64,000 nucleotides of DNA from Eledone cirrhosa (lineage: Eukaryota): the NCBI GenBank assembly GCA_964016885.1, contig OZ024740.1, positions 375,100,001 through 375,164,000 on the forward strand, written 5' to 3'. Positions 1 through 12,311 of this stretch are shown piece by piece (positions within the stretch are counted from its first letter, which is position 1; each line of letters begins with the position of its first letter). The position numbers and the translations under genes are program-made. Under the pieces are notes generated by a model. That model made no database searches, had not been told where the DNA came from, and saw only the letters and a list, made by a program, of their open reading frames with translations.

Positions 1-390
1 CCCCATAAGAGCATTTATTCTTATAGCTTGTTCTGATTGATTTTTTATATTGTTAATTATGCTAATTAGAAGAAGAAATAGTATATACTTTATTATCTGA
101 TGATTCTAAAGACATGATTTATGATATATATATATATATATATATATGCATATATATGTGGGTATGTATGTGTGTATATATAGATTTAATGTGTGTGTGT
201 GGGCGCGTGTATATTTGGGCGTGTATATGTATTTTTATATAATGGTTTTGTGTGTATATATATAATAGCCTCAGAAACGGCTTGAGATCTGCCGTGGGGT
301 CAGACTTTTTCCTATGTGTGTGTATATATATATACGTATATGTATGTCTGTGTGTATTTATGTGGTTGTGTTTGTGTGTGTGTATGTATA

Positions 391-428
<38 letters not shown>

Positions 429-588
429 TATATGTATATTTATGTGTGTATGTATATGTATAATTACATACAGTGATTTAATGCTTATTTTCTTTTGCTC
501 CAGGAATTGTTGAGTGCTCTAAATCAGCTATAAACATTTATACTCTTTTCTAATTATTTTTTAATTTATTATTTGTCGTATTCCCAAC

Positions 589-1045
589 TTTTTATTTTTA
601 TTTTTATTTTTATTTTTATTTTTATTTTTATTATTATTTTTATTTTTATTTTTAATTTTATTTTTATTTTTATTTTTATTTTTATTTTTATTTTTATTTT
701 TATTTTTATTTTTATTTTTATTTTTATTTTTATTTTTATTTTTATTTTTATTTTTATTTTTATTTTTATTTTTATTTTTATTTTTATTTTTATTTTTATT
801 TTTATTTTTATTTTTATTTTTATTTTTATTTTTATTTTTAATTTTATTTTTATTTTTATTTTTATTTTTATTTTTATTTTTATTTTTATTTTTATTTTTA
901 TTTTTATTTTTATTTTTATTTTTATTTTTATTTTTATTTTTATTTTTATTTTTATTTTTATTTTTATTTTTATTTTTATTTTTATTTTTATTTTTATTTT
1001 TATTTTTATTTTTATTTTTATTTTTATTTTTATTTTTATTTTTAT
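589..1045. repeat. (TTTTTA)n hexanucleotide microsatellite, about 75 near-perfect units
   Basis: Directly visible; it produces the spurious IKIK/FIFI ORFs at 569-1072. Confidence 0.98.
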
Positions 1046-1049
1046 ATAA

Positions 1050-4000
1050 ACATTCCGCAGGCTCACATACATTCTATGTGCGTGATTTGGTTCATCTCAG
1101 CCAATCAGCGCCAGTAGAAGAGGATGTATCCCTACGCATTCTGAGGGGGAAATAGCCCGCAAAGATTAGAGGACGCTACCACTCGCAGCCGCGACCGTGC
1201 TAATGTAAACAACCATTTTTCTTGCGCCGTGAAATCACTAGCCAATATATAACACAACAATTTAACCACGGCCTGGCAACGCTTCTCTCAGCCAGTAGCC
1301 CGTGTCTTTCTGGAATCTTAATTCGTTTGTTTAATTTCTCTTGGCATGCCAGCTCAACCTTTGTTAATAAATTATTTAAAAACAAGCTAAAGTCGTGATC
1401 GATATTCCTATCATATCTTTCTACCAAACTGGTGGTTCCTCGTGGCAACATTACAACTCTCGAAATATAACTCTCCGCTACATTGGTGACAACACATATT
1501 TTAACCCAATTGGCGCCCCTCGACGATTAAGAATGAAAACGCAGCCAATTTGAATTCGCCATTCATTTTGACGGCAATGTGGAATGGCTTAACATTTGAA
1601 ATGTTCGAATCGGGTAGCTAGACTCACTTAGCGTAAGTCCATACAATTCATAATATTCCATTTGTTGAAGCACGCATACAGACAAACACAAAAATACAAC
1701 ACAAAAAAAAATAAAAAAAAAATAAAAAAGGATTTCTGTGGATATAGAATTTTGCTTTCAACATTCTGTTAAAATTACAAATAGAGACTCAAACATTTTG
1801 TTTTCCCGCGTACAGCTTGTCTTCTTCGATCCCAGCCGTCTGATTGGCTGCGTCGTGTCACATGACGGCTTCTTCATCACAGCCGCATTTTTCAATCGGC
1901 CATCTTGCCGAATAATTTTCATTGAGAATAATTTGTTTTGTTGTTCGAATTTTCTTTCGAATATTTTTAGAAAAAAAATTAGCAGTACTTCAAAAAACTT
2001 TACGTCACGAGGAAATTTCAAAACGGCTACCACCAAGTACCAGCCATCAGCAGCAACACATGGCTAACTATTAAGCAACAACAGGGAACGGCTTGTAACT
2101 TTACCGACGCAACCACCATACCTTCTGTCTCGTTATAACAAGGACTCGTGAAATTAAGACATTAGTTTTCTCACCATTATGGCGTCAGACCTGGCGGCTA
2201 TATTGGTGAATCTGCGTTCTTCAACGCTCGACTTCTACTCTACAGAAGATTCATTGTGACTTTGCAACAGCAACTCTACTAGCTCCCTAGTAAGAGCGTT
2301 CCCAAAGAAAAAAGAAGCGAACTTTTTGTTAAAAGAAAAGAACAAATTCTTTCTTCCTTATTTTTTTCAGGCATTTATTTTGGACTTTTATTTTTTTTTA
2401 AAACTGTATTATATGAAAATTCACTTCTCTCTATCATTCTATATGTGACCGCACGCACACACTTTCTTTGTATTACATGCCTGCATATATACACACACCT
2501 ACAGATTCAACTTGCTTTTTTTTTCTTACAAAGCAACCAGCCATTTTTTCCTGGCTCCCTAGCACATTCGGCAATACATCTGGGAGGCCAACATTTTCTC
2601 GCCTACCCATCATCTTCTTGCCAGCACTGGTAAACTACCATAATAGCTTCGTTCACAGCTACTGGTACAACCAACACTTACCATTAACATTTAATGCAAG
2701 AACAGCAACTTCGCCCATGTCAGACTTTATCTGTTTTCTGGTAGACATTTGGTGGTCACGTATAAACTACAAAACAGCTAGTCATTTGACAGCGGCTCAA
2801 CACGGCCCGTCAAGCCTCATATTTTTTTTTCTTGCATGCATCTTTCTGCTCAATGATTTTTTCACTGATGTGCTCTTTCAGCATTTGTTCTTGCTGATTC
2901 AATAATCTGTGGGTCCTCGGCTTCATCGTTAACGATTTTCGGCTAAAAATCTGCTCGGAGGTGATGTAGTGACCTACATTCCGTGGGCTCACATACATTC
3001 TCTGTGCGTGATTTGGTTCATCTCAGCCAATCAGCGCCAGTAGAAGAGGATGTATCCCTACGCGTTCTGAGGGGGAAATAGCCCGCAAAGATTTGAGGAC
3101 GCTATCACTCGCTGCCGCGACCGTGCTAAGCTAAACAACCATGTTTCTTGAGCCGTGAAATCACTAGCCAATATATAACACAACAATTTAACCACGGCCT
3201 GGCAACGCTTCTCTCAGCCAGTAGTCCGTGTCTTTCTGGAATCTTAATTCGTTTGTTTAATTTCTCTTGGCATGCCAGCTCAACCTTTGTTAATAAATTA
3301 TTTAAAAACAAGCTAAAGTCGTGGTCGATATTCCTATCATATCTTTCTACCAAACTGGTGGTTCCTCGTGGCAACATTACAACTCTCGAAATATAACTCT
3401 CCGCTACATTGGTGACAACACATATTTTAACCCAATTGGCGCCTCTCGACGATTAAGAATGAAAACGCAGCCATTTTGAATTCGCCATTCATTTTAACGG
3501 CAATGTGGAATGGCTTAACATTTGGAATGTTCGAATCGGGTAGCTAGACTCACTTAGCGTAAGTCCATAAAATTCATAATATTCCATTTGTTGAAGCACT
3601 CATACATACAAACACAAAAATACAACACAAAAAAAAAAATTAAAAAAAAATAAAAAAGGATTTCTGTGGATATAGAATTTTGCTTTCAACATTCTGTTAA
3701 AATTACAAATAGAGACTCAAACATTTTGTTTTCCCGCGTACAGCTTGTCTTCTTCGATCCCAGCCGTCTGATTGTCTGCGTCGTGCCACATGATAGCTTC
3801 TTCATCACAGCCGCATTTTTCAATCGGCCATCTTGCCGAATAATTTTCATGGAGAATAATTGTTTTTGTTGTTCGAATTTCCTTTCGAATATTTTTAGAA
3901 AAAAAATTAGCAGTATTTCAAAAACTTTACGCCACGAGGAAATTTCAAAACGGCTACCACCAAGTACCAGCCATCAACAGCAACACATGGCTAACTATTA

Positions 4001-5360
4001 ACCAACAACAGGGAACGGCTTGTAACTTTACCGACGCAACCACCATACCTTCTGTCTCGTTAGCACAAGGACTCGTGAAATTAAGACATTAGTTTTCTCA
4101 CCATTATGGCGTCAGATCTGGCGGCCATATTGGTGAATCTGCGTTCTTCAACGCTCGACTTCTACTCTACAGAAGATTCATTGTGACTTTGCAACAGCAA
4201 CTCTACTAGCTCCCTAGTAAGAGCGTTCCCAAAGAAAAAAGAAGCGAACTTTTTGTTAAAAGAAAAGAACAAATTCTTTCTTTCTTCCTTTTTTTTCAGG
4301 CATTTATTTTGGACATTTATTTTTTTTAAACTGTATTATATGAAAATTCATTTCTCTCTATCATTGTATATGTGACCGCACGCACACATTTTCTTTGTAT
4401 TACATGCCTGCATATATACACACACCTACAGATTCACCTTGCTTTTTTTTTCTTATCAAAGCAACCAGCCATTTTTTTCCTGGCTCCCTAGCACATTCGG
4501 CAATACATCTGGGAGGCCAACATTTTCTCGCCTACCCATCATCTTCTTGCCAGCACTGTTAAACTACAATAATAGCTTCGTTCACAGCTACTGGTACAAC
4601 ACTTACCATTAACATTTAATGCAAGAACAGCAACTTCGCCCATGTCAGACTTTATCTGTTTTCTGGTAGACATTTGGTGGTCACGTATAAACTACAAAAC
4701 AGCTAGTCATTTGACAGCGGCTCAACACAGCCCGTCAAGCCTCATATTTTTTTTCTTGCATGCATCTTTCTGCTCAATGATTTTTTCACTGATGTGCTCT
4801 TTCAGCATTTGTTCTTGCTGATTCAATAATCTGTGGGTCCTCGGCTTCATCGTTAACGATTTTCGGCTAAAAATCTGCTCGGAGGTGATGTAGTGACCTA
4901 CATTCCGTGGGCTCACATACATTCTCTGTGCGTGATTTGGCTCATCTCAGCCAATCAGCGCCAGTAGAAGAGGATGTATCCCTACGCGTTCTGAGGGAGA
5001 AATAGCCCGCTTAGATTTGAGGACGCTATGACTCGCAGCTGGACCATGCTAAGGTAAAACACGCTTGTTCTTTTGCTCCGTAAGCACAAACAATATGTAA
5101 CGACAAAGCATTACCTACGAGCCTGGCCAAACGTTTTCAGCAAGTCGCCCGTATTTTCTCTTGTAATCTTAATTGATTTGTTTCATTTCTCTTGGCATGC
5201 CAGCCTAATTCACTTCTTAACCTTGGTTAATAAAGAATGTAAAAACAAGATAAAGTTGTTGTCGATATTCCTATCATATCTTTCTACCAAACCTGGTTCC
5301 TCGTGGCAACACATTACAACTCTCGAAATATACTTCTCTGCTAAATTGGTGACAACATCT
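1050..5360. repeat. Tandem repeat with a ~1.92 kb unit: two full copies plus a more diverged partial third
   Basis: ACATTCCG..GGCTCACATACATTC recurs at about 1050, 2976 and 4900. ORFs 1200-1451/3126-3377 and 1738-2067/3666-4001 are duplicated. Confidence 0.95.
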
Positions 5361-5364
5361 TCAG

Positions 5365-5715
5365 CCAAATATACAATATTTAGGTTTTTTTATATATATA
5401 ATATTTATGTTCTTTCTTATATATATATATATAATTATATGTGTGTGTGTGTGTATGTATGCATACATATGTGTATGTATGTATGCATGCGTATGTGTAT
5501 GTATATGTGTCTGCAGGTGTATATATATATATATATATATGTATATGTATATATGTGTATATATATATATATTTTTTTTAGAGTTAAACAAGGTTCATAT
5601 GAATACATCTAAGAATGAGTTTTACACACATACATATGTGTGTGTTTTTATTTGTATGTATGTGTTTGTGATATGTATGTATACGTATGTGTATGTATGT
5701 ATGGATATGTATGTA

Positions 5716-5778
<63 letters not shown>

Positions 5779-6398
5779 GTATATATGTATATGTGTGTGT
5801 ATGTATACGTGTATGCGTATGTATGTGTATATGTATTTGTATATGTATGTGTATGTGTGAGACTGGGTGTATGTATTTATTTTTACGTATGTATGTGTAC
5901 GTGCAATTGTGTGTATTGCTTAACACGTGTGTTTGTTCATTTATTTGTTGCCTGTATCGCGGTCAACAATATAATAATGTTTATATTCATTTTTATTCTT
6001 ATGTGACGGTATTTTTATTATTATATTTTTTCTTATATTTATTTGTGTGTGGAGTATGTAGGTGTGTGTATGTATGCATGTATGTGTATGTATATATGTA
6101 TGTATATGTATGGGTATATATATATATATATATATATGAGTGTATATATATGTATGTGTGTGTATGTATGTATATATATATGTTTATGTATATATATATA
6201 TATATATATATCTGCATGTATATGTGTTTATATTTGTATGTATGGGTATGTATGGATATGTTGATAATTATGTGTATGTAAGTATGTGTATATGTATGTG
6301 TATGTATTTATATACAGATATATATATGTGTGTGTGTGTGTGTGTATATGTGTGTGTATGCATGTGTGTATGTATGTATATATATGTGTATGTATACA

Positions 6399-6441
<43 letters not shown>

Positions 6442-6702
6442 ATGTGTGTTTATTTTTTCCTTTCCTTCTTCCTTTTCCAGCCTCACTTTCATATAGATTA
6501 TATTTTTGATTTTAAAATCCATTGCCAATAAATACACCAGGATTTTTTCATTCTGATGATTGAAAGCAAAATCTGTTTGCTTTTAAGAAACCACTAGTAA
6601 ATGAAATAATTGCCTTATGTTGTTTATTACATAACTATTAACCTCTGTTACCTAAATAGAGCACTCTTTTTTACTGGACTTTTCCGACGGAATTACCTCA
6701 TT
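5365..6702 (+). mobile_element. Non-coding PLE-type 3' UTR/pLTR fragment (family B), (TA/TG)-rich, with a hammerhead
   Basis: Homologous to 15075-16140 (+) and 10200-10620 (-); contains the HHR at 6546-6606. Confidence 0.7.
6546..6606 (+). ncRNA. Type I hammerhead ribozyme, family B
   Basis: TTTCATT CTGATGA TTGAAAGCAAA..TTTGCTTTTAA GAAA CCACTAG TA AATGAAA. Stems I and II pair, GUA site, one stem III mismatch. Confidence 0.8.
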
Positions 6703-6706
6703 TAAA

Positions 6707-6810
<104 letters not shown>

Positions 6811-6933
6811 AATATACATATATATATATATATATATATACTACCATACAATGGAAGGATAAGGCATGGCAAATTAATTAAATCATTCTTTGTTTTACGG
6901 TCGAATAGAGAACAAAATGATCGATATACTGAC

Positions 6934-7000
6934 CTACTGATGGAACTTATACAACTTCTTATGTGTAGCTTTGAAACAGCACATCGACTCAGCTGTCTAG
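6934..7000 (+). ncRNA. Type I hammerhead-like motif, family C (A9G core change)
   Basis: CTA CTGATGG [stem II ATACA..TGTGT] GAAA CAGC..GCTG TC TAG; GUC site. Confidence 0.6.
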
Positions 7001-7011
7001 TTCCGAGAACA

Positions 7012-7167
<156 letters not shown>

Positions 7168-7994
7168 AGAGTGTGTGTGTGTGTGTGTGTGTGTGAAAGA
7201 GAGAGAGAGTGAGAGAGATGTGTGAGTGTGCGCACACACTTGTGTGTGTATCTGTGAATGAGTTTATAGATAGAGAAAGAAATCACAAGAATTATATATA
7301 TCATATTTCATTCTGGTGTCAGTAGTTTCGCAAAAGTTAAGCACGTTTCTTCGCTTCAACTCTCAAAATATATTCTGCCGTCAGTTCAATCTACTCCATT
7401 TCACTTGGTATATTTCACTAATGCTGTGTTCAAGTGACTATTTAAATGAAATCGATAATATACTTCTTATTCAGATTTGTCTTAATGGAGTAGATTTAAT
7501 ACTTAACGTTATTAATTATATCGTTTGCAGAAGTCGTTTATCGTTTACTCGCCTTTGATAGTGGAGCTCTTATAATACAAGGACCTTTGAGAATATGTCC
7601 TTACAGTTACATACTGCAACATTACAAATGGAAATGTTAGATAATGGTAGTTAATTTCGAAAAAATAATATTATTCGATTTACACATATGCATATTACTT
7701 ACTTATAAAATGGCATTTAATTTTAAAATATTTATAGCCATGAATATTATCTAAATGTAGTTTGAAACAAACATTGTCTTTCTGAGTCAGAAATTTCGGC
7801 ATTTCCACATGCCAAACGTTTATCACTCTAATGTGTAATGAATATACACAATATTGTCTAAAATAAGCATAACACATCCAATGAAATACAAATGTACAAC
7901 ATTGGAATTTAGACATAAAACAGTCCATTTCTTCGATCTTCTGTACGTGACTACATATGACCTAAACATGTATATACATATATATATATATATA

Positions 7995-8115
<121 letters not shown>

Positions 8116-8126
8116 TATATAGATAT

Positions 8127-8157
<31 letters not shown>

Positions 8158-8430
8158 AATGGAATAGAATGAAACGAAATTTTATTTCTCACTCTTAGTA
8201 CGGCAGTTACTTAAATGTAAGTATGTATGTATACGTACATACATATATGTATAAAAACGTACAGTAGTATGTATATGTATACATACATGCACACATATAT
8301 ATATGCACGTATCGGTTTACCGAACATTTATTATAATGCTATGTTTGTTTGTAAACAAACAAACAGCCCGTATTGCGCCGTACAGTGTTTAGGCAACCAC
8401 GTCACCTTTTTGTTCAACATTGACACAGGA

Positions 8431-8473
8431 ACGATGTACTAGTTTCAAGCATATTATCTATCGTCAGCAACGT
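8431..8473 (-). ncRNA. Type I hammerhead, family D
   Basis: Reverse complement reads ACGTTG CTGACGA TAGATAATATGCTT GAAA CTAG TA CATCGT; stem II is weak. Confidence 0.7.
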
Positions 8474-8775
8474 ATACCTTCCTGCCAGATGGTTGAACGT
8501 CTGTAAGTATATACTTCCCTATGCATATTAACGGTTGAGCAGCCTAATTTGCATATCGAGTGAGTTTAGTCCATATACATACATACATACTTACATTTAA
8601 GTAACTGCCGTACTAAGAGTGAGAAATGAAATTTCGTTTCATTCTATTCCATTTATCGTTATCGGTGCGCCCGGCCGACACAGCTCACTCGATATGCAAA
8701 TTAGGCTGCTCAGCCGTTAATATGCATAAGGAAAGTGTATACCATCAGACGTTCAACCATCTGGCAGGAAGGTAT

Positions 8776-8818
8776 ACGTTGCTGACGATAGCTAATAAGT
8801 TTGAAACTAGTACATCGT
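8776..8818 (+). ncRNA. Type I hammerhead, family D
   Basis: ACGTTG CTGACGA TAGCT-AATA-AGTTT GAAA CTAG TA CATCGT; palindromic ACTAGT, GUA site. Confidence 0.8.
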
Positions 8819-9033
8819 TCATGTGTCAGTGTTGAACAAAAAGATGACGCGGTTTTCCTAAACACTGTACTGCGTAATTCGGGCTGTTTGTTTACAAACA
8901 TACCGAACATTATAATAAATGTTCGGTAAACAGACACGTGCATATATATATATATGTGTGCATGTATGTATATATATATACATACTACTGTACGTCTGTA
9001 TACATATATGTATGTACGTATACATACATACAT

Positions 9034-9107
<74 letters not shown>

Positions 9108-9476
9108 CAACGTACAAAACAAATACAATAACAAGGAGTACAGTTAATATATAAATATATATGTAAAAGCTGTCTGTCTTTATAGTAATGAAACAGAAGT
9201 TTAGTGGAAAAGCCCATTGTCGCTGTAAGTTCACTTATACGATTTAATATATTTATTTTAAATCTATTGACTAAACACAATGCAGAGAGATTCAATGGAT
9301 TCACGCCAATAGAATACAGAAAATAGAGTAAGGGTGAAAGTGCATGTTTTCTATGCGTGTGTGCATGTATATATATGTATATATATACATATACATAAAT
9401 GTAAGTATGCATGCGTACAGACACACACATATATATATATATATAAATTTACACACATCTCTCTCTCTCTCTCCCT

Positions 9477-9519
<43 letters not shown>

Positions 9520-9555
9520 TATATACATACACACATATGGGTTATATCGAACATT

Positions 9556-9745
9556 AATAATTGTTTCTACGTTTTGCACAAGGCCAGCAATTATCCCAGT
9601 GTATTACTGGTACTTTATTTTATCGACCCCGTAAGGATGAAAGGTAAAGTTAACCTCGGCGGGATTTGAACTCAGATCATAAAAGGCCGTAACTCTTTGC
9701 TGCAAAGCATGGCGTCTGCCCCTCTACCGATAGTGCCAATCCATC
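9556..9745 (-). mobile_element. tRNA-derived SINE (octopus-type)
   Basis: GTACTTTATTTTATCGACCCCGTAAGGATGAAAGG..GGGATTTGAACTCAG; reverse complement of the SINE at 61082. Confidence 0.85.
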
Positions 9746-9774
9746 GCGATCGAACGTTAATAATTACGTTTGAT

Positions 9775-10090
9775 TTGTTTGTAAACAAGCGGCCCTATTG
9801 AAAGTTGTGCAGTGCCGGTGACCAATCCTCACCCGTTTGTTCAACACTGGCTTTGAGAAACAATAGACATGCTTCTGGATCATTAGACTTCATAAGGACA
9901 GTATACCTCTCTGCCATTATGTTGACCGGTTGAAAATATATAGTATTTTCTTAGGTATACATCGGCTGAGTAGCCTCATTTGTATACCAACGACATTGCG
10001 GCTGGCATTGCCGAATATCAAAAATAAAATAAGAATCTTATTCCTCACTCTAGCAGAGCTGATGCATAATAGTAAGTATGTATACGTACA
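9775..10090 (-). mobile_element. Diverged relative of the family D monomer with a decayed HHR (about 9860-9900)
   Basis: Shares TTTGTTTGTAAACAA, GTATACCT..CTGCCA and CTCACTCT..GTAAGTATG blocks; relic core CTTATGA..GAAGCATGTC on the minus strand. Confidence 0.55.
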
Positions 10091-10133
10091 CACATATACA
10101 CACATACACACACAAACACACATACACACATGC

Positions 10134-10199
<66 letters not shown>

Positions 10200-10227
10200 T
10201 TATGTAATAAACAACATAAGGCAATTA

Positions 10228-10285
10228 TTCCATTTACCAGTGGTTTCTTAAAAGCAAAAAATTTGCTTTCAATCATCAGAATGAA
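10228..10285 (-). ncRNA. Type I hammerhead, family B (canonical core), in an inverted pLTR fragment spanning about 10200-10740
   Basis: Reverse complement reads TTCATT CTGATGA TTGAAAGCAAA-TT-TTTGCTTTTAA GAAA CCACTGG TA AATGGA. Confidence 0.85.
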
Positions 10286-10440
10286 AAATCCTGGACTGTT
10301 TATTGAATTTGGATTTTAAAAACAAAAATGCAATCTATATGAAAGTGAGGCTGGAGAAAGAAGAAGGAAAGTAAAAATAAAATAAAATAAAAACACACAT
10401 ACAAACACACACACGCACATACACACACAAATGCATACAT

Positions 10441-10499
<59 letters not shown>

Positions 10500-10783
10500 C
10501 ACTCATACATACACACACACATACAAACGTATATATGTGTATATAAATACACACATACACATACATATACACATACATACATACGCACATAAATATACAT
10601 ACATACATACGTGCGTGTTTGTGATATGTACGTATTTGTATGTGTATAATTGTATAGCTATGTATGTATGTGTGTGTGTATGTATATATATATGTGTGTG
10701 TATATGTGTGTGTGTACTTTTATATATATATTTATATATATATTACAGTTGAAAATTGCAAACTTGACTGTCACCACATATTA

Positions 10784-10822
10784 TGAACCTGAAGATTGCG
10801 AAAGCATGAAAGTACTTGTTCA
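10784..10822 (+). ncRNA. Minimal type I hammerhead, family A (5' pLTR of PLE-1)
   Basis: TGAAC CTGAAGA T TGC-GAAA-GCA T GAAA GTAC TT GTTCA; palindrome AAGTACTT, CUU site. Confidence 0.85.
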
Positions 10823-11024
10823 ATTAACACTTAGAATTTAATAATCTATCATACGATTTAATTATAATACCATTATATATTTTAAAGGATTGTAAATAAA
10901 ACGAGTAAATCAGACAAAGTTGGAATTCCTCTTATTAATATAATCTTCTATACACAATCATACACACCCGTGTATATTTACCTATCTCTCTTTATATATA
11001 TATTCCTATTGTGTATATGCCAAC

Positions 11025-12311
11025 ATGTCTAGAAAGCAACAAATGAAATCAACAGAATCAGAAAGAATTCTAAAGGAGATATCATCGAAATTATCAACAC
11101 TTATCACGATGATGGACACACAATACTCTATTTTAAAGGAAATAGAAAAACAATCTACAGACGGAAAACTTATAACTGAACATATAAACTCTGAAATTAA
11201 GAATTTAGCTGAAATTATACCAAGAGTTATCAAAGATACAAGAGAAAGCCTACCACAACCCCCTTGGATGTCAGAAATAAACGAAAGAAATTTGGAAAAC
11301 AAAACACATCGAATAAGAAAAGAAATGTGGAAGACATAGAAAAAATTCCTTAACATAAGAAAACAAAATTTCTGGAAAGCATACAAATACGAAAAATATG
11401 TCGAAACACATTCGAAATGGCTCTCTCTAACGGCCCCCATACTCCCTCGTAAATACCTAATTACAGAAATTGCAGGAGAACCAGAAGAAGAAACAAAACT
11501 CCGATGGGAACTTACATTAACAAAATTCAGGACCGACATCTCCATTTCTGAATGTAAACAATCCCGCTACAAAGCCATATATGAAGCTATTGATGACCAA
11601 ATTGAAGTTGAAATTTCAAAACTAACGACTGGTATTATAGCTGAAAAACTACGAGAACTATGGATCGGAGATATCTCAAAAGAAGAAAACAAATCAAGAA
11701 AGGTATGGCAGCAGAAACAATTATTTCTCGACGAATATGCTGCAAATTACGGTAAAGACTCTGGAACCCTGAGAAAAAGCATAAAAAGTGGACAATCTCA
11801 TCAACACAACATACGCCAGAACACGTGCCAACACAAACACTCACCTTACCTTGAATCAAAGAAGAACTACGGTAATAACTCTTCGCTTTTTCTACAAAAA
11901 CACCCTATCGCACACAACATGAACAAAAAGCACAAACACGATAGATATTCCTTTGACCTGACCATGGGAAGTAGTAAAACCAGGAGATCATTCTCAAGAT
12001 CTCAACAGAGATTGCCCACAAGAAACTGGACGAAAAAAAAACGATCTAAACCTGAAAGCAAACCTAGGTCATTTCCCCAGATTGTTAAAAATAATGCAAA
12101 CAGGAAGAAAAATAATATACAGAATACCAAATATAGGACAAAATACATAACGAAACCAAATATAATATCACGACCAAAAGTTCATCAAGCGAACACCAAC
12201 AGGATTATAAATCCTGAACGGAGAAAAATCCATTTTTTAACATCAGGACAACAAAAACCGGAAAAAGAAAAACTCCAGGAGGAAACATACCCAAAACAAC
12301 TGTACACGTAG
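11025..12311 (+). pseudogene. Upstream ORF of PLE-1 (helical N-terminus, K/R-rich tail), disrupted
   Basis: MSRKQQMKSTESERIL.. is conserved in the second copy (55674 downward); TAG at 11337 reads TGG in the other copy. Confidence 0.75.

Larger units (their letters stand above)
8160..9037. mobile_element. ORF-less HHR-bearing element, family D: inverted copy plus a ~445-nt head-to-tail monomer
   Basis: 8160-8566 is the reverse complement of segments in 8575-9037; CATACTT recurs at 8586 and 9031; flanked by (TA)n. Confidence 0.75.

Noticed and set aside
90-125. CTGATGA at about position 97 as a hammerhead core
   Set aside because: No downstream GAAA, stem III or stem I partner.
5345-5372. Minus-strand CTGAAGA at the end of the tandem array
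   Set aside because: It is absent from the other two units and no GAAA or stems follow.
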